Below are positions 25,593 through 37,246 of a stretch of 64,000 nucleotides of DNA, piece after piece (the first letter of the stretch is position 1; each line of letters starts with the position of its first letter). A program made the translations under genes and the position numbers. The stretch comes from Chiloscyllium plagiosum (Eukaryota), in the NCBI RefSeq assembly GCF_004010195.1, contig NC_057719.1, positions 95,051,515 through 95,115,514 on the forward strand, given 5' to 3'. A model generated the notes under the pieces. It did not search any database, was not told where the DNA came from, and saw only the letters and a program-made list of their open reading frames with translations.

Positions 25593-25842
25593 AGGCCTCA
25601 GGCGACTGACTGTGTGGAGTTTGCACGTTCTCCCCGTGTCTGCGTGGGTTTCCTCCGGGTGCTCCGGTTTCCTCCCACAGTCCAAAGATGTGCAGGTCAG
25701 GTGAATTGGCCATGTTAAATTGCCCGTAGTGTTAGGTAAGGGGTAAATGTAGGGGTATGGGTGGGTTGCGCTTCGGCGGGTCTGTGTGGACTTGTTGGGC
25801 CGAAGGGCCTGTTTCCACACTGTAAGTAATCTAATCTAAAAA
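25593..25842 (+). mobile_element. HE1-type V-SINE, 5'-truncated
   Basis: Near-identical to the 3' part of 61917-62234; 8-bp TSD attacctc at 25585-25592 and 25843-25850. Confidence 0.93.
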
Positions 25843-26885
25843 ATTACCTCTATTCCTTTTCTAATTAACTAGCTGAAAAAATGAAACTAATTTATACCTG
25901 TTTTGTCTGACTGCTGGGCATTAGGGAACTTTGGGGATTGATTGCACTGATTTGAGCACTCAGAGCTTTTAATTTATTGCCGTTACCAGGTTAAACTTCT
26001 GCAATTACTTGAAGCTGCTGTTAAATATATTTACACACAAAAAGTTAACCTTTTAACCACCCCTATTAGTAACCGAGTTATGACAGTGTGGCCAAAATTG
26101 ATTGGAAAATGTTTATCTAATTAAAACATGAGTCAATAGTTTAGTGAGAAAGAGATACAGCTGATGAATGACCAGACTGTTACCATTTTTGGATCTGCCT
26201 GCAATCATCCTAATCTAAGGACTAGAATGAAAGAAAGTATACAGATCATTTAAGACCTAAATACAGTAGGCTGGAATTTTCTGTGCATGCTTAATTGGGA
26301 AGTTACACCCAATAATTATACTCATTAATGTTCCTAACTTGCCGAAATTAATTTACACCCAAATTTCCTGCCAATCTCATTAAGATATGCTGAATGTGAA
26401 TGTGTGCATAAACAAGTGGAAAGAATAAGGTGACAGGGTTAGGCTGAGTGCCCAAGGTGAGCAGGTAAGTCATAATATTTATTCAATTGTACTGTCAGTG
26501 TGAAAATTAAAATTGCAAGTCTAACTTTATTCATGCACATTAGGAACACAGGTTTAAGAACATGCAACTTTAGAAACCTTTTATTTTTAATGTGATTTAT
26601 ACTGATGACATAAAAGTTAATTCAAATAAACATAAATATGGTCTCTGAGGATAAATTAGTTTTCAAAACACTCATAACAGTGAAAATAAAATCAGGACAA
26701 TGGATTTGTTTCCAACTGCATCCAAATTCAGGATGTCATTTTAAACTTGATTTGAACTAATGTAACAGGAACAGATCATTTAGCCCCAAAAGCACACTGC
26801 AGCATTTCATATCACGGCAATAATTCACCTCAATGCCACTTTCCACCATTATCTCTTATTGTTGTTAGTATCCAGAAATCTTCAA

Positions 26886-27180
26886 AGTTTGGAAGATTTG
26901 TAGCTCGGGTGCTGGCTGTTGTAGTTCTGTTCACCGAGCTGGGAATTTGTGTTTCAGACGTTTCGTCCCCTGTCTAGGTGACATCCTCAGTGCTTGGGAG
27001 CCTCCTGTGAAGAACTTCTGTGATCTTTCCTCCGGCATTTATAGTGGTTTGTATCTGTCGCTTCCAGTTGTCAGTTCCAGCTGTCCGCTGCAGTGGTCGG
27101 TATATTGGGTCCAGGTCGATGTGCTTATTGATTGAATCTGTGGATGAGTGCCATGCCACTAGGAATTCCCTAGCTGTCTC
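26886..27180 (-). mobile_element. Penelope-like element (Poseidon-type) 3' end with hammerhead, family C
   Basis: The minus strand gives TAREFLVAWHSSTDSINKHIDLDPIY (GIY-YIG C-terminus), followed by a hammerhead core. Confidence 0.8.
26955..26993 (-). ncRNA. Minimal type-I hammerhead ribozyme motif (family C)
   Basis: GCA-CTGAGGA-T-GTCACCT(AGAC)AGGGGAC-GAAA-C-GTC-TG has CUGANGA and GAAA boxes, stem II and a GUC triplet; helix I is only 2 bp in this copy. Confidence 0.65.
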
Positions 27181-27394
27181 AGTTTTAAAAATCCAATATC
27201 TCCCATTTAAAACAGAAATTAAACATGCTTATTTCCTCTCAGAGGGCCCTGAATTCGTACATCTCTTCCTGAAAATGTGATGGAAGCAGAGCCATTGAAT
27301 GTTTTTTTTTAAGGCAGAGGGAGAGAGATTCAAGATGTTCCTGAATAATGGACCAGTCTTGAAGGACTGAATAGTCTATCCCTGCTCCTATGTA

Positions 27395-27601
27395 CAGACA
27401 GTCTCCAGGTTATGAATGTGTTCTGTTCTGAAATCCACTTGCAAGTAACTTATATGCAAATTGGAACACAATGCAGGACAATATAAAATATCTCTTCATT
27501 AATAAAGGCGATATTTTTATCTCAGATCCTTACAACCCTGTATGGGATCACATTCGTAAGCGTGTTTGTAAGTTGGAAGTTCGTAAATCGGGGACCCTCA
27601 G
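27395..27601. mobile_element. Tigger/pogo-like MITE, decayed
   Basis: TA-flanked; imperfect TIRs cagacagtctccaggttatgaa and ttcgtaaatcggggaccctcag. Confidence 0.5.
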
Positions 27602-27639
27602 TACATTAGCAATGAATAAGTCCAATGGCACAGGGTAGT

Positions 27640-27930
27640 CTAAAACTAGTTTTAAGTTGAGACGGGAAAGATTTAAAAGGGACCTAAGTGGCAACTATTT
27701 CACACAGAGGGTGCTGCATGAATGGAATGAGCTGCCAGAGGAAGTGGTGGAGGCTGGTACAATTACAACATTTAAAAAGCATCTGGATGGGTATATGAAT
27801 AGGAAGGGTTTAGAGGGATATGGGCCAAGTGCTGGCAAATGAGACTAGATTCATCCAGGATATCTGGTCGACATGGGTGAGTTGGACTGAAGGGTCTGTT
27901 TCCGTGCTGTACATTTCTATGACTATGATT
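27640..27930 (+). mobile_element. CR1 LINE 3' end
   Basis: RFKRDLSGNYFTQRVLHEWNELPEEVVEAG...GYG followed by the 3' UTR and a ctatgact tail. Confidence 0.88.
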
Positions 27931-30566
27931 CACTAAGCACTTAGTGATGACATCCCTCCTCTTCTCAGACCTAAATCACTTACCCCTTGTTTTGTGTTGA
28001 CATGCCAGCAGGGGAAGCATTCTTTTCTGCAATTATCCTGTTTTGTAATCTTCAATTAGATCACCTGTCATTCTTCTAAACTTCAGAGAATAGAGGCACA
28101 CTCTCCTCAGTATCTCCTTATATGGCAGTCCTCCAATCCCCAGAACTAGTCTGGTGCACTGCCTCCACCTTTCCCAAGGTAAAATACTCCAGGTGCACAT
28201 TCCCCAGTGTTCTATTTAATTGCAGCAAGATGTCTTTATTTCTGTACTCAAATCCTCTTGCAATAAAGGCCAACATGTTACTTGCCTTCCTAATTGGTCA
28301 CCGCACCTGTAAGTTATTTTAAATAACTTATTTCTGAGAGATTTCTTGTGAAGCTTCTCTGCCATTTCCATATTTCTGATTATAAATTCCCCTGACCTCA
28401 CTGATAATTCAGGAAATTTGTGAACACTTCTCTTTAGCTTGAAAATAGAGCCATAGCAATAAATACTGATTAACAGTAGAGCAAAATACAGCAAATAATT
28501 CTGAGTAGAGTGCTGGAGTTAACTTCATTTTCCTGCACTGCATCTTCACTTTGTGCCTCAATTCCATATATTTCTAAGTGCAAACATATTGGAAATTTCA
28601 TGCCTATATCCAGAGATAAAGGTGGCTTGACACAAGGCCAAGACATCTTTTAATAATATGAATAAAAGTAACATCGAGGAAGTTGTTCATCACTGTAAAA
28701 GCAACAAAAAAGATGGGGATGAATCTAACAGAAAGCTGACAGTAGCAGACCTGGGGATTCTTTTATTTGGGGAAGGCCTGGAGGATGTTAAAAATGCCGA
28801 CTTTTCTGATACTGATACAGAATCTGATAAATGTTAGCCCATATACACAAAATTATTCTCATGCCTGATGTACAGCGACAGTACATACAGTATAAAATAG
28901 ACAATGTTAATCCAAACCTAAGTGCTATCAATAAAGAACAGTCTTATGCTATAAATTAGTCCAAACATTCATAGTATGCCCCACATAGCCCAGAGGTAAA
29001 TCTGGTTTATATAGTGACAGAATGTAGTAAATTGCTGTAAACACCAGTTTTATAAGCACTGACACAGAAACAGAAATGCCCGAAGGAATCCTGTTGACAT
29101 AGACTCATAGAGATGTACAGCACGGAAACAGACCCTTTGGTCCATGCTGACCAGATATCCCAACCCAATCTAGTCCCACCTGCCAGCACCTGGCCCATAT
29201 CCCTCCAAACCCTTCCTATTCATATACCCATCCAAATGCCTCTTAAATGTTGCAATTGTACCAGCCTCCACCGCATCCTCTGGCAGCTCATTTCATACAT
29301 GTACCACCCTCTGCGTGAAAACGTTGCCCCTTAGGTCTCTTTTATTTCTTTCCCCTCTCGCCCTAAACCTATGCCCTCTAGTTCTGGACTCCCCGACCTC
29401 AGGAAAAATACTTTGTCTATTTATCCTATCCATGCCCCTCATAATTTTGTAAACCTCTATAAGGTCACCCCTCAGCCTCCAGCGCTCTAGGGAAAACAGC
29501 CCCAGCCTGTTCAGCCTCTCCCTGTAGCTCAGATCCTCCAACCCTGGCAACATCCTTGTAAATCTTTTCTGAACCCTTTCAAGTTTCACAACATCTTTCC
29601 AATAGGAAGGAGACCAGAATTGCATGCAATATTCCAACAGTGGCCTTACTAATGTCCTGTACAGCCGTAACATAACCTCCCAGCTCCTGTACTCAATACT
29701 CTGGCCAATAAAGGAAAGCATACCAAACGCCTTCTTCACTATCCTATCTACCTGCGACTCCATTTTCAAGGAGCTATGAACCTGCACTACAAGATCTCTT
29801 TGTTCAGCAACACTCCCTCGGACCTTACCATTAAGTGCATAAGTCCTGCTAAGATTTGCAGCATCTCGCATTTATCTGAATTAAACTCCATCTGCCACTT
29901 CTCAGCCCATTGGCCCATCTGGTCCAGATCCTGTTGTAATCTGAGGTAACCCTTTTCGCTGTCCACTACACCTCTAATTTTGGTGTCATCTGCAAACTTA
30001 CTAACTGTACCTCTTATGGTCGCAGTCAAATCATTGATGTAAATGACAAAAAAGTCAAGGACCCAGCAACGATCCTTGTGGCACTCCACTGGTCACAGGC
30101 CTCCAGTCTGAAAAACAACCCTCCACCACCACCCTCTGTCTTCTACCTTTGAGCCAGTTCTGTACCCAAATGGCTAGTTCTCCCTGTATTCCATGAGATC
30201 TAACCTTGCTAATCAGTCTCCCATGGGGAACCTTGTCAAACGCCTTACTGAAGTCCATATAGATCACATCTACTGCTCTGCCCTCATCAACCTTCTTTGT
30301 TACTTCTTCAAAAAACTCAATCAAGTTTGTGAGAAATGATTTTCCAAGCACAAAGCCATGTTGACTATCCCAAATCAGTCCTTGCCTTTCCAAATACATG
30401 TACGTTCTGTCACTCAGGATTCCCTCCAACAACCTGCCCATCACCGAGGTCAGGCTCACTGGTATATAGTTCCCTGGTTTGTCCTTACCACCCTTCTTAA
30501 ACAGTGGCACCACGTTTGCCAACCTTCAGTCTTCCGGCACCTCACTGTGACTATCGATGATACAAA

Positions 30567-30790
30567 TCAGGCGACTGACTGTGTGGAGTTTGCACGTTCT
30601 CCCCGTGTCTGCGTGGGTTTCCTCCGGGTGCTCCGGTTTCCTCCCACAGTCCAAAAATGTGCAGGTCAGGTGAATTGGCCATGCTAAATTGCCCATAGTG
30701 TTAGGTAGGGGGTAAATGTAGGGGTATGGGTGGGTTTCGCTTCGGCGGGTCGGTGTGGACTTGTTGGGCCGAAGGGCCTGTTTCCACACT
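30567..30790 (+). mobile_element. HE1-type V-SINE, 5'-truncated, running into the gap
   Basis: Near-identical to the other HE1 copies; interrupts the CR1. Confidence 0.92.
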
Positions 30791-31348
30791 NNNNNNNNNN
30801 NNNNNNNNNNNNNNNNNNNNNNNNNNNNNNNNNNNNNNNNNNNNNNNNNNNNNNNNNNNNNNNNNNNNNNNNNNNNNNNNNNNNNNNNNNNNNNNNNNNN
30901 NNNNNNNNNNNNNNNNNNNNNNNNNNNNNNNNNNNNNNNNNNNNNNNNNNNNNNNNNNNNNNNNNNNNNNNNNNNNNNNNNNNNNNNNNNNNNNNNNNNN
31001 NNNNNNNNNNNNNNNNNNNNNNNNNNNNNNNNNNNNNNNNNNNNNNNNNNNNNNNNNNNNNNNNNNNNNNNNNNNNNNNNNNNNNNNNNNNNNNNNNNNN
31101 NNNNNNNNNNNNNNNNNNNNNNNNNNNNNNNNNNNNNNNNNNNNNNNNNNNNNNNNNNNNNNNNNNNNNNNNNNNNNNNNNNNNNNNNNNNNNNNNNNNN
31201 NNNNNNNNNNNNNNNNNNNNNNNNNNNNNNNNNNNNNNNNNNNNNNNNNNNNNNNNNNNNNNNNNNNNNNNNNNNNNNNNNNNNNNNNNNNNNNNNNNNN
31301 NNNNNNNNNNNNNNNNNNNNNNNNNNNNNNNNNNNNNNNNNNNNNNNN
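30791..31348. other. Assembly gap (N run)
   Basis: Run of N. Confidence 1.
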
Positions 31349-32347
31349 CCAGCCATCCCTTTACCTGCGAACATCTGCCTCCAATCAGCTTTCGAAAGTT
31401 CTTGCCTAATACCGTCAAAATTGCCCTTTCTCCAATTTAGAACTTCAACTTTTAGATCTGGTCTATCCTTTTCAATCACTATTTTAAAACGAATAGAATT
31501 ATAGTCACTGGCCCCAAAGTGCTCCCCTTGTGACACCTCAGTCACCTGCCCTGCCTTATTTCCTAAGAGTAGGTCAAGTTTTGCACCTTCTCTAGTAGGT
31601 ACATCCACATACTGAATCAGAAAATTGTCTTGTACACACTTAACAAATTCCTCTCCATCTAAACCTTTAACACTATGGCAGTCCCAGTCGATGTTTGGAA
31701 AGTTAAAATCCCCTACCATAACTACCCTATTATTCTTACAGATAGCTGAGATCTCCTTACAAGTTTGCTTCCCAATTTCCCTCTGACCATTCGGGGGTCT
31801 ATAATACAATCCCAATAAGGTGATCATCCCTTTCTTATTTCTCAGTTCCACCCAAATAACTTCCCTGCGTGTATTTCTGGGAGTATCCTCCCTCAGCACA
31901 GCTATTTCATAATAGCATAGAGGATAAAGCAAAACCAGAGAAGGAAAATGAATCGGGAAGATGTGTATCATGTTACAGGCATTGTAACTGTTAAAGTTAC
32001 CCCGAACACCAGGATGATAATATCAATGTTACACAGAAGCAGGGAATAATTTCAACACAGGATCGAGCAGGTTTGACTCATCACGTCCATGTCATCTTTC
32101 TGCAAGAGCAACTCACCCAGGTCCAATCACTGCCCTTTCCACAGAGACCTGCAAATGTTTCCTCTTCAGATTATGATCTAATTTTTTTTTTCAAAGCCAC
32201 AATATCTTTCAATAGATTAAAAATTACGCACTTCCAATCTTTCTTACTAGTGTACTAACAACAGATTGGCTGGACTAGAATCCAACAGAGTTGAAATTTT
32301 ATTGCTGGAACAGCACAGCAGGTCAGGCAGCATCCAGGGAACAGGAG

Positions 32348-32383
32348 ATTCGACGTTTCGGGCACAGGCCCTTCTTCAGGAAT
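32348..32383 (-). ncRNA. Minimal type-I hammerhead ribozyme motif (family A), intact
   Basis: ATTC-CTGAAGA-A-GGGC(CTGT)GCCC-GAAA-C-GTC-GAAT: helix I ATTC/GAAT, 4-bp stem II, palindromic ACGT helix III and a GUC cleavage triplet. Confidence 0.78.
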
Positions 32384-33190
32384 GAGCAGAGAGTGTTCAG
32401 CAGGAGAAGATAAAAGGTAGGGAGGAGGGACTTGGAGGAGGGGCGTTGGAAATGTGATAGGTGGAAAGAGGTCAAGGTGAGGGTGATAGGTCGGAGTAGG
32501 ATGGAGGCGGAGAGGTCAAGAAGAAGACTGCAGGTCAGGAAGGTGGTGCCGGGCTGGAGGGATCCGGCTGAGACAAGGTGGGTGGGGGGAGGGGGGATGA
32601 AGAAACTGGTGAAGTCCAAGTTCATCCCCTGCGGTTGGAGGGTTCCCAGTCGGAATATAAGACGCTCCTCCTCCGACCGTCGGGTTGTTGTGGTTTGGCG
32701 GTGGATGAGTCCAATGACCTGCATATCCTCGGTGGAGTGGGAGGGGGAGTTGAAATGCTGTGCTACAGGTTGGTTGGGTTGGTTCGTCCGGGTGGCCCAG
32801 AGGTGCTCTCTGAATCGCTCCGCAAGTAGGCGGCCTGTTTCCCCAATATAGAGGAGGCCACACCGGCTGCAGCGGATGCAGTCGATGATGTGGGTGGAGG
32901 TGCAGGTGAATCTGTGGCGGATATGGAAGTTTCCTTTGGGGCCTTGGAGAGAAGTGAGGGGGGAGGTGTGGGCGCAAGTGTTGCACCTCCTGCGGTTGCA
33001 TTGTCAGGAAGGCGGTGCCGGGCTGGAGGGATTCGGCTGAGACAAGTCTTCTTCTTGACCTCTCCGCCTCCATCCTACTCCGACCTATCACCCTCACCTT
33101 GACCTCTTTCCACCTATCACATTTCCAACGCCCCTCCTCCAAGTCCCTCCTCCCTACCTTTTATCTTCTCCTGCTGAACACTCTCTGCTC

Positions 33191-33226
33191 ATTCCTGAAG
33201 AAGGGCCTGTGCCCGAAACGTCGAAT
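33191..33226 (+). ncRNA. Minimal type-I hammerhead ribozyme motif (family A), intact
   Basis: Exact inverted copy of 32348-32383. Confidence 0.78.
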
Positions 33227-34109
33227 CTCCTGTTCCCTGGATGCTACCTGACCTGCTGTGCTGTTCCAGCAATAAAGTTTCAACTTTGATCTCCAGCAGC
33301 TGCAGACCTCACTTTCTCCTAGAATCCAACAGACACTCAAATCCAAATGCCACAGTACCATTATCAGGAGATGTCGATACTTAGTTCTCCATGATGATTG
33401 CAGTTTTACTGATTCAGATTTCTGCCTTTTAGGCTACGTGAGGCTGTTGATTTAGCTGTAAAGAAAAGGATACCTAGGATAACCTTAAACAAATAATCCA
33501 AGTCGCTTGTTACTTCAATCAGTGACAGCTGTATCATTAACTCAGGAAGATAATGATACACCCAAAGAAGACATCCAAGGTACTCCCAAGTGTACCAGTT
33601 GCATAACGAGAATAGTAAAGTCAAGTTGATGGGAATCATGCAGAAAATTCTCTGCCAGTTGGATTCATACCTGGCACAAAGGAGGATCATTGTGATGGCA
33701 GGAGGTCAATCGTCTCATTCCCAAGACTTTGATGCAGGAGTTCATTGGAAGAGTTCATTGGAACTATAGATCCAGCTCAAAAGGTCAGCAGTGAAGCAGT
33801 CCATGTTCAAACATGGCATAAATTTGCATTCACAAATGCAAGCTAATTAGACAAGTTGGTATAAATCTTTTAAGGGGAAATTGTGTTGAAATAACTTGAT
33901 GGCAGTTATTTAAAGAGCTAACATGGTGTATACGAACTTCCAAAAGGCAATTGCCATCAACGTGTGAGCAAAGCTAGAACTCATGGATCATAAGGAACAG
34001 GAGAAACTTTGACACAGAAGGAGCCAAGACAGGGTAACTGGATGTTTTTCAGATACAAGATAGGTTTGTCGACAGTTCGCCAGGGGTCAGTATGAGGATC
34101 CTTGCTCTC

Positions 34110-34478
34110 CTGATTGAGGTCTACAAAATCATGAAGGATACAACAGGGTGGATAAAGATAAGCTTTTTCCCAGGGTGAGAGATTCAATAACGAGAGGTCA
34201 CATGTTCAAGGTGAGAGGCAAGAAGTTTAAGGGGGATATAGATGGAAAGTACTTTTCACAGAGGGTGGTAGGTGCCTGGAATGTGTTGCCAGCAGAGACA
34301 GGCACAGTAGATTCATTTAAGGTGCATCTAAACAGATGCATGAGTAGGTGGGGAGCAGAGGAATACAGATGCTTAGGAATTAGGTGATAGATTTCGACAG
34401 TGGATTTGGATTAGCTCAGGCTTGGAGGGCAGAAGGGCCTGTCCCTGGGCTGTAAATTTTCTTTGTTCTTTGTTCTTT
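34110..34478 (+). mobile_element. CR1 LINE 3' end with (TTCTTTG)n tail
   Basis: DKLFPRV...TRGHMFKVRG...YFSQRVVGAWNVLP. Confidence 0.85.
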
Positions 34479-36039
34479 CCTAATATAGATAAATACTTGA
34501 AGGTCCTGAGAAAAATTTTAAAACTATAGATCTGAAACATGGAAACATTGTGAATATGAGGAGGATGGGGTTGAATGTCAAATATAGAGAATGGTTTGAC
34601 GGGTAGCAGACAAAGTTAATTGGACAGAAATGTGAAGTGATTCATTTAGCACAAAGATGATGGACCACCACAATGACCTCCACAAGGAGAACATAGAGGA
34701 GCAGGGGGGCATCGTGATGGTATAATGTCAGGGCTCAGGGAGGAAGCTGGACCAACGTAAGCAAAGTTCAATGTGGTCAGTCTCCACATCAAGGGGCTGG
34801 ATGGAAATGAGCTGTCAGAGTAATGCAAAATAAAAGAGGATATAGAGGCTCTAGTAGAGTTCCTGGCAGCAGGCAGGGCCCGGTGCTGACCATCTCTACC
34901 ATGAGCTTCATTCACTGCCATCACTTGGCATTCTCTAGATGGAAAGTGCTAATGACTAGGACAATGCTTATGTTGAGTAAATTCAGTGCCAGCTGGATGA
35001 GCTAGAGTGTGGGCTCCATTTCTTTTGGATATTGCAACATTAAAGGATGAAATATATACATGAAGCAGCTGTTTATAAACTCAAGTTTCATTTTATTTGA
35101 ATCATTTCATCATCCATTTGCTCTGCATGCATTATGAAGGTGCTCAGGGGTCAGATGCCAGTCAATGGTGAGATCCATTGCTAACTGAACATCGGCATCT
35201 CAATGATGGTGAAATTAGCCACAATGACTTAAAAAGAGGCCAATGCTTGTGAAAGATGAATCATTAAGTTTTCAACTTCCAAAGTTGCAGTGGGAACCCC
35301 ACATCATTTCTTCATCATCTCTCATACAAGGTTAACATTGGTCTGAATACAGTGAGACACTGAATTACTAATTTGACTCTGGAATGGATTAGAGTTCAGA
35401 GTTGCAGCAGACACTCCACTTTTGTTGTAATTGCTGATCACTTAGGGTCACCAAGCTGGTGCACCAGCTGAGGCAGAAGCTGAAGCTGGCTGAACTGATG
35501 GAGATATGATGGCCCTCATTCTCAGGGTGCAGCTTTTCAGTTAACAGCATCTTCTAATGCTCTGACTTCTCTCAGCTAGATGGACATTGGCAATATATCT
35601 ATGGGACACATCTTTCTGCAAACTTCCCTCCAAGCCACACACCATCCTGACTTACAACTATCATTGTTCCTTCACTGGTGCCGCATCTGAAACTTCCTTC
35701 CTAACAGCACAATGGGTGTTCCTGCACTCCATGAATGACAGTAGCTCAAGGCAATGGCTCACCACCACCTTTGCATGGGCAATCCGACTTGGACAAGAAA
35801 TGCTGGCTTATTTAGCAATAACCTACATCCAAAAAAAAAATATATAAAGAAGACCAATTGCCAGTTTTATTGTGTTGTAGTTAAGTGCAGAGCACAAAAA
35901 TGAACCACTGTGAAGTCAAAAATATTTAAGGGCAGATTAACCATTGAAAAAACTATCTGGAGAAATCACCAGAATCTTTGGCGAACTTCTGCCCTGCAGT
36001 TTGAAGATGGCACACAGTATCAAGATGCTGCTTTGTGCA

Positions 36040-36960
36040 GGATCCAGAGTCCTCTCAAGCTGACTCTGCCATTCAAGAAAATCACAGCTGATTTTTTAAT
36101 GTATTTTGAATTCCACATTCTCCACTATCTACAATGATTGATTCTGTAGATTATCAAGAATGTATCCAGCTCCCTCTTAAAATGACAATACATCTAATTC
36201 CACCATCTTCTGTGGCAGACAATTCCAAATTCACAAATCACACTGAGAAACAAAATCTCATGTAGGTTCCTAAACCTTACTTATTTGACATTGCTGCCTA
36301 GTTCTGAATCCACCAACAAGAGGAAACATCATTTCCTTGCCCACTTTGTCAAGTCCATTTTGATTCTCATCTGCTTTAAGCAGACTCCTCACACTCCTAA
36401 TCTCCTGGAGAAACAAACCCAGTCTATTAATCATTCCTCATTAGATAACCTGCTCATTCCAGGCATCAATCTAGTCAACCTTCTCTGAGCTACCCTCTGA
36501 AGTATTTACATCCTTTCCTAGATATGGGGACCAAAAGTGCACACTGTATTCAAGATATGGTCTCAAAGATGCCCTGTATGACTGAAGCATTGCTCCCTTA
36601 CTTTAATGTTCAACTCATCTCCTCACAAAGAATAGCATTCCATTTGTCTTCCTCATTACTTTCTGTATTTCCATATTAACTTTTCGTGATACATTTACTG
36701 GAACATCTAGATCCTTCTGCACATTGCAATTCAGCAGTCATTCACTATTTATCAAAAATTCTGATTTTTTTCTTCTTCCCATTAAAGTGTACAATTTCAG
36801 TTTCCATACATTTCATCTGCCACATTTTGATCACACTCAACTTATCCACATTCACTTGCTTTCTCTTTATATCCTCTTCATGACACAATTTCCGACAAAA
36901 TTTGTGTGAATTTTGCTACTGTATATTTACTCTCATCTTAAGTTATCTCATAAAAAAATT
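36040..36960 (-). mobile_element. Old CR1 3' region
   Basis: Collinear with other minus-strand CR1 remnants (for example gggaccaaaagtgcacactgtattc). Confidence 0.6.
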
Positions 36961-37038
36961 TGTAATATTACACCTCAATGGAGTACTGCAGTGTGGGTAA
37001 AACCCTGCTATTCTCAGAGTTGTCACCAAAGTTAAATA

Positions 37039-37246
37039 AGATTAGAATGGTACTGGAAAAGTACAGCAGGTTAGGCAGCATCTGAGGAGCAGGAAAATCA
37101 ACATTCCAGGCATAAGCCCTTCCTAATGAAGGGCTCCTTCCCAAAACATTGATTTTCCTGCTCCTCAGATGCTGCCTGACCTGCTGTACTTTTCCAGCAC
37201 CACTCTAATCTTGACTCTAATCTCCAGCACCTGCAGTACCCACTTG
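37039..37246. mobile_element. Mini Penelope-derived palindromic element (family A)
   Basis: About 65-bp inverted arms around decayed hammerhead halves; TSD cacca(a/t)agttaaata at 37024-37038 and 37247-37261. Confidence 0.88.

Larger units (their letters stand above)
29101..31905 (-). mobile_element. CR1 LINE, endonuclease through RT and 3' end, frameshifted; contains an HE1 insertion and an N-gap
   Basis: ORFs 30526-31971 (EN: GDFNFPNIDW, SDYNSI), 30055-30522, 29787-30089 and 29293-29871 (RT motifs). Confidence 0.93.
32290..33318 (-). mobile_element. Penelope-like element (Neptune-type GIY-YIG) with an inverted terminal pLTR copy
   Basis: Reading down from 33000 the minus strand gives CNRRRCNTC...FTCTSTHIIDCIRCSRCGLLYIGETGRLLAERFREH...VAQHFNSPSH...EEERLIFRLGTLQPQGMN. 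Region 33003-33318 is an inverted copy of the tail. The 15-bp TSD ctagaatccaacaga lies at 32275-32289 and 33319-33333. Confidence 0.95.
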
